From: Synechococcus sp.
Lineage (GTDB): Bacteria; Cyanobacteriota; Cyanobacteriia; PCC-6307; Cyanobiaceae
Length of the DNA: 64,000 bases
Direction: 5' to 3'
NCBI GenBank assembly: GCA_047285535.1
Contig: JBJBDC010000001.1
Coordinates: 1,920,136 to 1,984,135 of the forward strand
This document shows positions 10,704 to 20,746 of the stretch, in pieces. The position numbers and the translations under genes were made by a program. Below the pieces are notes generated by a model. It saw only the letters and a program-made list of their open reading frames with translations, did not search any database and was not told where the DNA came from. Within the stretch, counting starts at the first letter, position 1. Every line of letters starts with the position of its first letter.

Positions 10704-12323
10704 TCAGCCTGGTCCGCTCGGACGACTGGGAACCGCGATCCAGCTGATCTGGTGCTGACGCAACGTTTCGTCTGTGGCGCTCAACTCCTGCTCTGGATTA
10801 TTGCCTTCACCATAAAGAGCTAGTTCATAGAGAAGATTCATACAGAACTTGCCTTGAAAATATCCGCCGTGGCAATCAATCTTGCTGATCTTCAAAGGAC
10901 TAGCAAGCATCAAGATCAACGTGGCGGCGTAGTTGAAAAACCTCTGCGCGGCATTGCGAGCCGTGAACGCACTGAGATAACGCCCACCATCGTCGTAGTC
11001 GGTGCAGTCGATCACATTGAGCGGATAGCCGATCCATGGCTTGCAGCAGAAGGTCTTGTCATCGCAAAGGGTTTCCGTACGCAGCGCACCATGAAGCTCG
11101 AGATGACTCAGATCTGAAACACGCCTGCCGTATCCCTGGGCTCGCGTGCGCCCTTTGATGCTCAGGTTGCCGAGGCGATAGCCGCCGATGCGCGTCCCCG
11201 AGGGAAACACGAAGTAATTGGCCAGGGTTGAGGCGAGCCGAAGCACCATGTCGGCATCATTGACGAACAAAAAAGTCTGCTGAAAACGACGCAGGCAACT
11301 GGCCAGGTAATTGGAGCGACCTGTGGTGATCGTCCAGACCGGAATGTCAGCAGCAACGAGGATCAAACGATCAAGGGTGAAGAGATCACCGATCTGCGCC
11401 AGCTGCTGGCGCCAGCTTTCACTGGTGGCCTGATCGGATGACGTCGAGCTGCTCGAACCACCGAATGGTCCCAGCTGGGAATTCGCTGCCCAGAGGTGAG
11501 CATCCGCTTCGTTATCGAAGACATTGCTGAGAACACGGATCAGCATCGTTGTCAGGAACGTGCCCATGCTGTGACCCAGGAAACTGAGGCTGATCCTCTG
11601 GGCCTTGCCGCTCTGGAGATCAGCCAGATAGCTGCTGTCGCGAATGATCTCCATCACCAGGTGGTGAAGAGCCCTGACCATCTCAACGGCATCGAACACA
11701 CCAAACGTGCCGGCACGTTCACGGTCGCGGAAGTAGGTGACCGCGCGCAGCAGCGTGAGCGTGATTCCAATCCCCAGACACAACTGACCAATGGCAGCAA
11801 GCCAACCGCCGGCAAAGAAGGCGAGCAGGCTGCCCAGCGCGAACAGCAGCCAAAGGCCCATCGGCATGGCACCAATCCAGCGCAAGGGGCCTCCAGCACC
11901 GATCCGCTCAGACGGCCAGGCGTAGTGCACAAACAACACATAATCATCAGGGGGGGATTCCGTGAGCCGGCAGGCGTCGTCTCTGAACTTGCGTTCCGCC
12001 TGCTTGTATTCCTCCCTCACGCTCTTCAAGGGAACGTTGTAGCCGTGAATGCGAACCACCAGCCGCACACGCTGAGACCTGCCGTTGCTCTGCTGCCGTT
12101 GCAAGAACTCAGATAGATGGGTGCGCAGCTGCTCGAAGTTCTGGGCGTTGTTATCAAAATCCGCTCGAAAATCGGGTTGCGTGAGAGCCAAGCGAAAGGG
12201 CCGTTCGGCCTCCAGGGGTGCGGTACTGCAAACCAGCATGTGGCTGAAGCAGGGGTTCTGCGCTGAGGGGAAGGGCTGGTATTTGAGAAGGGCGAGTTCA
12301 GGATGCCGCGTGGTGGTTGTCAT
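10704..12323 (-). CDS. Membrane-anchored alpha/beta hydrolase (DUF900-like)
   Basis: IHGYNV, YAWPS, GHSMG, LILVAADIP and HGGYF motifs; two TM helices. Confidence 0.7.
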   Translation of the reverse strand: MTTTTRHPELALLKYQPFPSAQNPCFSHMLVCSTAPLEAERPFRLALTQPDFRADFDNNAQNFEQLRTHLSEFLQRQQSNGRSQRVRLVVRIHGYNVPLKSVREEYKQAERKFRDDACRLTESPPDDYVLFVHYAWPSERIGAGGPLRWIGAMPMGLWLLFALGSLLAFFAGGWLAAIGQLCLGIGITLTLLRAVTYFRDRERAGTFGVFDAVEMVRALHHLVMEIIRDSSYLADLQSGKAQRISLSFLGHSMGTFLTTMLIRVLSNVFDNEADAHLWAANSQLGPFGGSSSSTSSDQATSESWRQQLAQIGDLFTLDRLILVAADIPVWTITTGRSNYLASCLRRFQQTFLFVNDADMVLRLASTLANYFVFPSGTRIGGYRLGNLSIKGRTRAQGYGRRVSDLSHLELHGALRTETLCDDKTFCCKPWIGYPLNVIDCTDYDDGGRYLSAFTARNAAQRFFNYAATLILMLASPLKISKIDCHGGYFQGKFCMNLLYELALYGEGNNPEQELSATDETLRQHQISWIAVPSRPSGPG

Positions 12324-12503
12324 GGTGAATGGCTCTGCACGCTGATCTCCCCTGAGGTAGCCATCTCCCAAGAATCAGCCGCGGAATCAAACCGCTTCCT
12401 TCCAATTCATCAGCAGCGTTGCTGGCCTGAACAATCGTTCAAACGATCGCTCAGGCGCTGATCGTTGAAGATGGTGAGCCAGAACCACGATTAATCGCAC
12501 GCC

Positions 12504-13388
12504 GTGCCCCACAGCGCAGGACCAGCAGAGCAGCTCCGCACCTTGCTGGAGCAGGACACCTGCCATCTGATGCCCTGCTGTTTTGATGCCTTATCCGCAC
12601 GGCTGGTGGAGCAGGCCGGCTGCGCACTGACTTTTATGAGTGGCTTCTCCGTTGCTGCAGCCAGGGCTGGTCTGCCGGACACCGGCTTATTAACGGTGAC
12701 TGAAATGCTCGATCAGGGCCGCTCGATCTGTGATGCCGTGTCGATCCCCGTGATCGGTGATGGCGACACCGGCCATGGCAATGCGGCCAATGTGCAGCGC
12801 ACGATGCACCAGTTCGCCAAGGCGGGCTTTGCCGGAATCATGCTGGAGGATCAGGTGGCCCCCAAACGCTGCGGACACACCGGCGTGAAAGCCGTTGTCA
12901 ATCGCGATTCGGCGATCGCCAGGATTCAGTCAGCCGTTGATGCCCGCAACCAGGGGGCGGATCTGGTGATCGTGGCGCGCACGGATGCGCGATCGGCGCT
13001 GGCAACAAGCCACGGTGATCAGGCCGCCCTGGAGGAAGCGCTCTGGCGTTTGAAGGCCTTTGCTGACCTTGGCGCTGATGTGTTGTTTCTGGAGGCACCC
13101 CGCAGCGAGCAGGAAATGGAGCGGTTCTGCGAGGAGGTGCAAGGCACGCGCATGGCGAACATGCTGGAAGGAGGCATCACACCGTTGTTGTCGACCGAAC
13201 GCCTGGGGGCAATGGGCTTTGCTTTGGCGGCCTACCCACTCACCCTGCTGTCAACGGCCGCCTTCGCGATGCGACAAGCTCTGGTGGATCTCCAGGCAGG
13301 CCACACGCCAGAGCAGATGCTCAGCTTTGAGGAGATGAAAAGACTGGTGGGGTTTAACAGCTACACGAAAGCTACAGATCAGACTTGA
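12504..13388 (+). CDS. Isocitrate lyase/PEP mutase family protein
   Basis: DALSARL, DGDTGHG, EDQVAPKRCGH, ARTDA and NMLEGG motifs. Confidence 0.92.
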   Translation: MPHSAGPAEQLRTLLEQDTCHLMPCCFDALSARLVEQAGCALTFMSGFSVAAARAGLPDTGLLTVTEMLDQGRSICDAVSIPVIGDGDTGHGNAANVQRTMHQFAKAGFAGIMLEDQVAPKRCGHTGVKAVVNRDSAIARIQSAVDARNQGADLVIVARTDARSALATSHGDQAALEEALWRLKAFADLGADVLFLEAPRSEQEMERFCEEVQGTRMANMLEGGITPLLSTERLGAMGFALAAYPLTLLSTAAFAMRQALVDLQAGHTPEQMLSFEEMKRLVGFNSYTKATDQT

Positions 13389-13759
13389 TCCTGCTGCAAT
13401 TTGCATCCTTTCATCCATTTTAAGCACAGGCAAAAAACAATTTATAGAACAACACATATAAGCCATCTCTATAACGAATCAAACCATCAAACCCCGAGTA
13501 TATTCGAATAATTGTGATTGCCACGTTTCCATTTTGACCAAGTCGGCGATCAAACGCCTAATGCCATCAACAAAACCAAGATTGCGCAGAATCTCGTCGA
13601 AAGCTTAAAAAGTTAGCAACAAAAGCTACATACCCATGCAGCAGCTGAATATTGACACCATCCGAGCAACAAAAAGACCAAAGAAAACTGAATAAACCTA
13701 AAAAAGGAATCAAAGAGCAAAAATCGTCCATACGGTTGAAGTGCCAAGCTCATTAAGTC

Positions 13760-15043
13760 ATGTTCACAAAAGATCAAATCAATGCAGCGTTGTACGATCA
13801 CCCAGACAATCAAGCACCAAAGGTCTTTGACGACTTTGACGATAAGGGAACTCAAATAGGAGGACTAGGGAGGGGAATACTATGTAGAGATCAATCAGAC
13901 ATTTGGCAAAATTATTTCAACCCTTTAGATGATTACAATGTGCTGCCTGCAGCATGGCTTCATAACAGCATTAAAACACCTCATCCCCTCTACAACCTAG
14001 GAGTAACCTTTCACAAGGGTCCTAACCCCAATAAGCCTATTGGCAATTCAGCTGCAGTAGCTTGCATAAATTTTAGCCATCTGGATAATGTTTTTAATAC
14101 AGATGATTTAGCTAATTGGGGTTGGCATGATGGAGTTTTTTATCCACATGATGCTAACTCCTGTGACAAACGTGCAATATGGCTAAGAGATTTTAATGCC
14201 TGGGAAGGCCCTTGCTCATGGCAAGAATTACATAAAGACCCAGTGAAGGCACTAGATAAAATCGGGTCAGGAAGATACTCTGCTGGAAATCCCAGTCTAC
14301 TTTGTAATAATGGAAAAGGATTTGGAGGTGGCGGGACCGGCTACCACACTAATTTAAATCGCGCGGATGCGAGTAAAAGTCCCAACGCAAATCAAAACGA
14401 CTCTCTTTATGGAAAGGTTAATAATGTCGATTTTTATGATCAGAAAGATTGCGTCTGCTATTTCAAGATGGACCACAAGAATTTAAATCCCAATTGGATG
14501 ATGAAAAGTGGATTAGATGATTGGTCGCCTTTCATCATAGAAGTCAACAAAGCCGCCAATAACAAGTTCCATGGTCAATGCTCAATGCACGACGCGCTGG
14601 ATTCATTAGGCTGGGTAAATGATATTAGAGCAATGATTAGTATTCAAAACGCATTTTGGTGGCTCAGCGATAAATTTAATGGAAACCCAAAGAGTGGTGG
14701 TGGCATGTGGTATCCAAGAACTTACGAAAGTGCTTTTCAATGGGAAGGATGGAACGAAATCCCAATGGACAAACAACAGATGCTTGATATCAACAATTGG
14801 GACGGGCTCGCAGTTATGCTGCCAATTCCCAAAGAAGCAGATGCAACAAAAGGCATCACATATGATGATTTAAATGAAACATATGAAAAAGCCCTAATAC
14901 GCGAAAGCTGCCAGAAACACAATGATATTCCAAGCCTAAAGGGCATTGCGGACAAAGGCATCGCCATTATTCAACAGACCCTTACCGATGAACTCATGTT
15001 TACAAGAAAGTGCATTGAAGTTAGAACATTGGCAGAACTTTGA
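13760..15043 (+). CDS. Hypothetical protein (AT-rich gene; Trp/Cys/Asn-rich product)
   Basis: Uninterrupted 427-aa ORF in AT-rich DNA; no family recognised. Confidence 0.7.
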   Translation: MFTKDQINAALYDHPDNQAPKVFDDFDDKGTQIGGLGRGILCRDQSDIWQNYFNPLDDYNVLPAAWLHNSIKTPHPLYNLGVTFHKGPNPNKPIGNSAAVACINFSHLDNVFNTDDLANWGWHDGVFYPHDANSCDKRAIWLRDFNAWEGPCSWQELHKDPVKALDKIGSGRYSAGNPSLLCNNGKGFGGGGTGYHTNLNRADASKSPNANQNDSLYGKVNNVDFYDQKDCVCYFKMDHKNLNPNWMMKSGLDDWSPFIIEVNKAANNKFHGQCSMHDALDSLGWVNDIRAMISIQNAFWWLSDKFNGNPKSGGGMWYPRTYESAFQWEGWNEIPMDKQQMLDINNWDGLAVMLPIPKEADATKGITYDDLNETYEKALIRESCQKHNDIPSLKGIADKGIAIIQQTLTDELMFTRKCIEVRTLAEL

Positions 15044-15199
15044 AATCCGCAAAGCGTCTTCAGACTGTCTACTCTAATAACATCATCGCGCGATTTACGC
15101 ATTGAATATTTTTTTGTTTCATCAAATAGTATTTCTTGACTATATTCGATTGAGAATTTTCACAATCGGCACGGCTCGATTTCACTAAAAATCATAAAA

Positions 15200-15571
15200 T
15201 TTTTGATCTCGAGCCGATGCCAGCTATGGTTTTGTACTTTTCCCCTACTCCGGACAGAATATCCAAATGTCGAATCAGCGCAGGATTGATGATATGAATT
15301 TCCCTAACTAAGGCAAACCGCATCTAAGCAGCAAACGGCAATGGAAGCATCACCTGGATCCCAGCATGGTGCAAAAAGCGGTGAAACGTACTGTGGCCGC
15401 AGCTGCCATACCTTCCGACATTCATGTGCAACACACCTGCTGGAACGGGAACAGGACATCCGCACGATTCAGGAACTGCTGGATCATAAGGATTTGAGCA
15501 CTACCATGATCTATACCCAAGTTCTGAATTCAGGGCCTCTCAGTGTGCGTAGCCCCAACAACTTTGACTAG
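15200..15571 (+). pseudogene. intI: Integron integrase remnant (C-terminal part), a different paralog from the intact intI
   Basis: Fragments [28 protein letters not shown] and [43 protein letters not shown], with frameshifts and stops. Confidence 0.88.
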
Positions 15572-15819
15572 TACCATTAGTTGAGCCGGCTGACCTGGAG
15601 ATCATCAATAGTCTCGATCAAAAATCGTAAATTCGACAAGAACACAGCTCATACGAACAGTTCAACTTCCAGTTTTTACAGAAGCCAGAAATGAGAAAAA
15701 GGGAGCATCATTCCCTTTAAAGAGCAGTGAATTCGAAACAGCTATCACCAGTCAAAACGGCTTAACCCCCTAGTGGAGTGTGATGAGCGACAGCCAAATT
15801 GGCAGAGGCTTAAATATAT

Positions 15820-15945
15820 AGATATCGGAACCGTGAACCATGACTAAGGTTGGAGCAGGATCTGCTTAAAACAATGCCATCAAAGCGATCTGATCTAGGG
15901 CCAACTGCGGAGGGTCTGCAGTAAGCCAGACCATAGTGATCCATC
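15820..15945 (+). repeat. Repeat family copy 1 (partial; putative intI-3'/attI platform)
   Basis: cggaaccgtgaaccatgactaaggttggagcaggatct...aatgccatcaaagcgatc resembles 28285-28350, 30990-31055 and 31855-31910. Confidence 0.6.
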
Positions 15946-15965
15946 CAGAGACAAGAGACATCAAA

Positions 15966-16739
15966 ATGAGTCAAGCACTGGTTGTTGGAGCGAGCGGAGC
16001 AACTGGCCAATTGCTTGTTGCTGAATTACTGAATCGTGGAGTTGATGTCATTGCCATCGTCCGATCATCCAGTTCTCAGAAGCACAAATTCGGACTTTAT
16101 TCAAACTATCATGAAGTTTCAGGCAGCATCAGTGAGATGACTGAAGCTGAACTCATCCCACTGGTTGATCAGTGCGATTTTGTGTTTTCCTGCCTTGGCC
16201 ATAACCTGACATGGAAAGGCGTGTTTGGACAACCCCGACGGCTTGTGACAGATAGCATTCGCAAACTATCCCGAATCATTGAATCATTGCAATTCAACAA
16301 GAAAGTAAAAATCGTTTTAATGAATACAACGGGCAACAGTAACCGTGACTATCCAGAAATCCCACCGTTATCACAGAGAATTGTTGTTTTGATTTTGAGG
16401 GTTTTACTTCCGCCCCATGCTGATAATGAACAAGCTGCAGATTTTCTGAGAACGCAAATTGGACAGAATCACCCATCAATTGAATGGGTCGCAGTGAGGC
16501 CTGATGGCCTTACGAATCACACGAACGTAACTGACTATTCCATTCACCCCTCACCAACACGCAACGCGATCTTTGACGCAGGATCAACCAGCCGGATTAA
16601 TGTTGCCAATTTCATGGTGAACTTGGCAACCGATCTTGATTTATGGGGTGAATGGAAAGGGAAAATGCCTGTTATTTACAATGATACTTCACAAGAAGAT
16701 CATTCAAAAGATGATGTTTCACAAATGCATTCAGGCTGA
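15966..16739 (+). CDS. NAD(P)H-binding oxidoreductase (flavin reductase / atypical SDR)
   Basis: VVGASGATGQL Rossmann motif, WVAVRP and TSRINVANF. Confidence 0.85.
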   Translation: MSQALVVGASGATGQLLVAELLNRGVDVIAIVRSSSSQKHKFGLYSNYHEVSGSISEMTEAELIPLVDQCDFVFSCLGHNLTWKGVFGQPRRLVTDSIRKLSRIIESLQFNKKVKIVLMNTTGNSNRDYPEIPPLSQRIVVLILRVLLPPHADNEQAADFLRTQIGQNHPSIEWVAVRPDGLTNHTNVTDYSIHPSPTRNAIFDAGSTSRINVANFMVNLATDLDLWGEWKGKMPVIYNDTSQEDHSKDDVSQMHSG

Positions 16740-16796
16740 CTGGCAAACCTGTTCTGTGGCTCAGGATCATCAATGAAGACGATTGCCAGGTTACGA
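16716..16796 (+). mobile_element. Degenerate attC remnant
   Basis: gtttcACAAaTGCATtCAgGCtGACtgGCAAA matches the left arm of the intact attC (acctAACAAtTGCATaCAcGCgGACcGCAAA); ctggcaa/ttgccag inverted repeat. Confidence 0.5.
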
Positions 16797-17240
16797 CACT
16801 TTATTCAGAACTTCACCTTGCTGATCAAGCGGATTGGTCACGATGAGAACAGAATCTTTGCGGCTTGTTGATGGTGTAGACGTCACAATGAACGCTCATA
16901 TCAGTGATGGAACCTAGTAGGAGCTTATTGCCTAGTTAATTCCTTTCAATTCCGTTGAACAGTTGGTGATCGGACCTGGTAATCCTGGCTCATTTTGGAC
17001 ATGGAGTCACCAGAAACCATGCCATCAAAACAATCCAAAACCTGGTGTGCAGTTAAGTCTTCGTGGTTCGCGGAATGGGAGGTCTAAGTCTTTAGCAAGC
17101 CAATCAATGCCCCAGCAGTCTCAAGCCTGACCTGCAACTGCGGCCGCCGTTGCCCTTGAAACAGTTGCTCGTTGGCGCGGAGGTTGTGACGTTGATGGCC
17201 GCAGCGGGGAACTCTGAGAAGGAGGCCAAGTGCAGTATCG

Positions 17241-18215
17241 ATGCAGAGCACAGCAAGCGCGCCAGGACTGATCCAGCGCTACCGGGAGGAACTACAGGTA
17301 CGCCACTACGCCCGCCGAACGATTTCCACCTATGTGCAGTGGCTGCGTCGCTTTCTGCGATTTCATGAAATGCGCCATCCACGCGAGATGGGGGAGGCGG
17401 AGATCAATGCATTCCTGAGCCATCTGGCGACGAAGGAGAATGTGAGCGCCTCCACCCAGAACCAGGCCCTTGCTGCTTTGCTGTTTCTCTACCGACAGGT
17501 TCTGAACAGTGATGTGGGACGTCTGGAGGGCGTGATCAGAGCCCGAAGGCGCCAACGCCTCCCCGTAGTACTCACAGTGGGGGAGGTGCGCGCTGTTCTG
17601 AGCCATCTCAAAGGAACGGAGGCCCTCGTATCCCAAATGTTGTATGGCAGTGGCTTACGGCTCATGGAAGCACTGCGGTTGCGAATCAAGGATGTGGATC
17701 TGCAGCAACGCTGCATCACGGTGCATTCAGGCAAGGGAGACAAGGACCGCCGCACCGTGCTGCCGACCCGCCTGGTCGAGCCCTTGAAACAGCACCTGCA
17801 AGCCGTGAAACGCCTTCACCAGTCTGATCTCGCGGCTGGTTGGGGGGCCGTTGAGCTACCGCATGCTCTGGACAGGAAATACCCAAATGCACCCAAAGAA
17901 TGGAGCTGGCAATGGCTGTTTCCACAAAGCCACCGCTGGCGGAATCCACGACAGAACAACGAAGGTCGGCACCATCTCGATGCCAGCATTGTTCAACGCG
18001 CCGTGCGAAATGCTGTTCAGGCAGCTGGTGTCAACAAACCAGCCACATGCCATACCTTCCGCCATTCATTCGCCACACACTTGCTGGAGCAGGGCTCTGA
18101 CATCCGCATGATTCAGGAGCTCCTTGGTCACAGTGATGTGAAGACCACGATGATCTACACCCATGTGTTGAACCGAGGGCCCTCAGGGGTGCGCAGCCCC
18201 GCCGACCTACTTTGA
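17241..18215 (+). CDS. intI: Integron integrase
   Basis: Tyrosine recombinase residues (GLR, GKGDKDR, HTFRH, LGH, TMIY) plus the IntI-specific insert [30 protein letters not shown]. Confidence 0.97.
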   Translation: MQSTASAPGLIQRYREELQVRHYARRTISTYVQWLRRFLRFHEMRHPREMGEAEINAFLSHLATKENVSASTQNQALAALLFLYRQVLNSDVGRLEGVIRARRRQRLPVVLTVGEVRAVLSHLKGTEALVSQMLYGSGLRLMEALRLRIKDVDLQQRCITVHSGKGDKDRRTVLPTRLVEPLKQHLQAVKRLHQSDLAAGWGAVELPHALDRKYPNAPKEWSWQWLFPQSHRWRNPRQNNEGRHHLDASIVQRAVRNAVQAAGVNKPATCHTFRHSFATHLLEQGSDIRMIQELLGHSDVKTTMIYTHVLNRGPSGVRSPADLL

Positions 18216-18224
18216 TGCCAAGAA

Positions 18225-18383
18225 TGTTATGCAGACTGCATAACAAAAAACAGCAAAATAGAAATCCGCCGAAATCATTGCTAAAACTTGACTATTGATT
18301 TAGAGGTGTCGAGCTATTGGCAGCTTATGGAGAAAAAACTTATCTGCTAGTAGCTTATGCGGACCGCCGAAACACTGTTAGGT
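18225..18383 (+). mobile_element. attI region downstream of intI
   Basis: Palindrome tgttatgcag-a-ctgcataaca (18225-18245); second TTATGCRGACYGC copy at about 18356; core GTTAGGT at 18377-18383, 10 bp before the first cassette ATG. Confidence 0.8.
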
Positions 18384-18393
18384 TCGTTAAACG

Positions 18394-19344
18394 ATGAGCG
18401 ATATTCAACAACAGACATATTGGAATAACATCATTAAGCCGTTGCTGCCGGTCGCTTCAACAATTATTGTTGCCTTTGGTGGTTGGTTTATTACTCACAC
18501 ATATAACAGTGCTCAAATAAAATTAGAAAAACAGAAACAAACCGACAACAAAACAACATCGGAAATCAAAGCTTCTCTTTCGTATGTAGATTTTCTTGCT
18601 GGAAATCCTCCGCCAAGCGATGATCTAAAAGATCAAGCTCTTCTTGCCGTAGCCCCAGCGTTACCACCCGAACTTAGCTTTGATCTTGCTGTAGAGGCGT
18701 TGCCGGAAGATGATCGTGTTTTCAAACTCCTTCTGCGTATTCACCAGGAGGAATCTTGGAAATACGTATCACCGTTCATTGAAGATGAAAAGACTTCACA
18801 GTGCGTTTTGAAGGCATTGAATGACCAGAACTACCTAAACAAAGAATTTGCATATCTGATTTCTGAAAAAAATAGTCGGTCAAGTCACCGTTTGAAAGCG
18901 TTGTGGTTCTACTTTCGGTATGTCAATTCTCTTGCGGCCACACAAGACACAATGCTTGAAAGCATGAACCAAATGATTACAAAAGGAACCGCAAATGGAA
19001 TATCTGAAGATGCAAGAGCAGCATTACAACTAGCTGCTGCGATGTCTTTACTTGTCTATGACGAGGAAACTCTGGAGCAATTGCGAGACACCTTTAAGAG
19101 GTTAGATGCAGTAGAGTGGAAGAAACGGTTTTCATATGATCTTGGTTCCTTGAGTGGGCACAGATTTTATCGCTCTTTAAGTAAGGATAAGCAATTACAG
19201 CGAAAATATGCTGAGATGATGGTTGATTGGTATTACCAATATTCTAAAAATGGTTGGGGTATTCCAAAATTCTTATCTACGGTCGAAGAAGATCATAAGG
19301 ATCTCAGTATCAAGATCAGTGAAATATTCAAACGAATTGGGTAA
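18394..19344 (+). CDS. First-position integron cassette protein of unknown function, with an N-terminal TM helix
   Basis: 316-aa AT-rich ORF bounded by GTTAGGTTC and its reverse complement GAACCTAAC. Confidence 0.85.
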   Translation: MSDIQQQTYWNNIIKPLLPVASTIIVAFGGWFITHTYNSAQIKLEKQKQTDNKTTSEIKASLSYVDFLAGNPPPSDDLKDQALLAVAPALPPELSFDLAVEALPEDDRVFKLLLRIHQEESWKYVSPFIEDEKTSQCVLKALNDQNYLNKEFAYLISEKNSRSSHRLKALWFYFRYVNSLAATQDTMLESMNQMITKGTANGISEDARAALQLAAAMSLLVYDEETLEQLRDTFKRLDAVEWKKRFSYDLGSLSGHRFYRSLSKDKQLQRKYAEMMVDWYYQYSKNGWGIPKFLSTVEEDHKDLSIKISEIFKRIG

Positions 19345-19360
19345 AACTTGCCATGTATGA

Positions 19361-19447
19361 ACCTAACAATTGCATACACGCGGACCGCAAAAAGCGCCGC
19401 TCCTTCGTCGCTCTGCTTTTTGCGGCCGGTGATGCAAGGCGTTAGAA
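19361..19447 (+). mobile_element. attC site (87 bp, canonical)
   Basis: R'' ACCTAAC; L'' TGCATACAC against L' GTGATGCA (one extrahelical base); stem ccgcaaaaagc/gctttttgcgg; R' GTTAGAA. Confidence 0.93.
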
Positions 19448-19483
19448 GTACGGGAAGAAGTTCAACGATCGCGATTACAGCTA

Positions 19484-20224
19484 TTAGGCCCCCCCACACG
19501 AATGCTGGGTTGCTGGCATGATCCAAGACCGTAGATTTCGGAGATTTGTTGCTGAGTAGATCTTGCCGCGATCATCACCAGGCGGGCAATTTTTTGGAAT
19601 AGACACCAGGCAAAAAACAACTTGATCACCAATTCGTGAGGCCGCCACATCGGGATTAAATTCATAGGAGACTTGAAATCCTCCATTGTCATATTGAACG
19701 GTTGTTCCTTCGTTTTCCGTATAGCTCTTAGGTGGAACGACCATCTGTCGGTCATGAAACCGTGTACCGATGTCTTTGATCTTGGTTTGAGAGCACGTCC
19801 CGACTCTTTGAGGGACTCCACTCACCATTGGTGTCTTACCGTTTTCGATGAGGGAAAGTCTGTATGCACCAATCCATGGTGGCTTAGAAATGTTTGCTCC
19901 AACCTCATTGAGATCATCAATAATTTGATCCTGAGTGTCAAGGATGCAGAGCTTATTACTCCCACACGCATGGCGTACATCCAAGAAACTCAAAAGAAAG
20001 TCTTGCGCGATGGATCGACTTTCTCCCTTGATTTGGCCATAACCAAAAGAGGCTATTTGATCAAGTTCAGACAACTTCTGGTTATCGCAAATTGTGATTT
20101 CATCTTGATAACGTGCACGATTACAATCAAAACTTGGCCTAAAATCTTTTGCGCTGGCTTCCGATCCAAAAAGAAACACAAACAAGCCCATGAGGAGATG
20201 CATCCAACAGGCAAATTGAATCAT
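19484..20224 (-). CDS. Secreted Cys-rich protein with an LprI/DUF1311-like N-terminal domain
   Basis: Signal peptide, then PSFDC.RA...E..IC....LS.LD....R.AC....CI pattern. Confidence 0.7.
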   Translation of the reverse strand: MIQFACWMHLLMGLFVFLFGSEASAKDFRPSFDCNRARYQDEITICDNQKLSELDQIASFGYGQIKGESRSIAQDFLLSFLDVRHACGSNKLCILDTQDQIIDDLNEVGANISKPPWIGAYRLSLIENGKTPMVSGVPQRVGTCSQTKIKDIGTRFHDRQMVVPPKSYTENEGTTVQYDNGGFQVSYEFNPDVAASRIGDQVVFCLVSIPKNCPPGDDRGKIYSATNLRNLRSWIMPATQHSCGGA

Positions 20225-20453
20225 GGAATTTTCAATGAACTCATTCTATTTTCTTGTTAATCAGACTTGTGGTGCTTGCCAAGTAAATGCTGGTATCAGC
20301 TTTCTGATCCTTGAAAGCCGATGACTGCCAAGCTGAGTTCATCCAAACTTCTATGTCCAGCTTCTCCACTCGCTCCTCAGGAAGCCAGGCAGACCCGAAG
20401 CTCTTTGCCCTTTTGGTAATAGGTCTCAAGGGGTCTACTGGGGGAGAGAAGAC

Positions 20454-20664
20454 AACCAGGGCACTGATCTGATGATCGTGGCGCGCTCTGATGAACGATC
20501 AGCGCTGGCAACAAGCCACGGCGATAGCCCGCCTGGAGTCAGCACTCTGGAGGCTGTGGGCCTTGGCTAACCGAGCAGGAGATGCATCATTTCCGCTAGG
20601 AGATCCCGGGCAAGCACAAGGCGAAGATGCTGGAAGTTGGCATCACACCGTTGTTGTCGACCGA
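20454..20664 (+). pseudogene. Degenerate partial copy of the PEP-mutase-family gene (matches 12948-13199)
   Basis: Shares blocks gatcgtggcgcgc, gcgctggcaacaagccacgg and ggcatcacaccgttgttgtcgaccga; has an internal deletion. Confidence 0.85.
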
Positions 20665-20746
20665 GGGGAGGCTCCAGGAATAACATCGCCAGCGATGATG
20701 AGTTCCTTGCGGGGCAACTCTGCTGAACTCTTGATTGCGGCTGACA

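Noticed and set aside
10023..18215. Prophage call based on the GH19 gene plus integrase
   Set aside because: The integrase has the IntI-specific insert, and there are no phage structural or replication genes.
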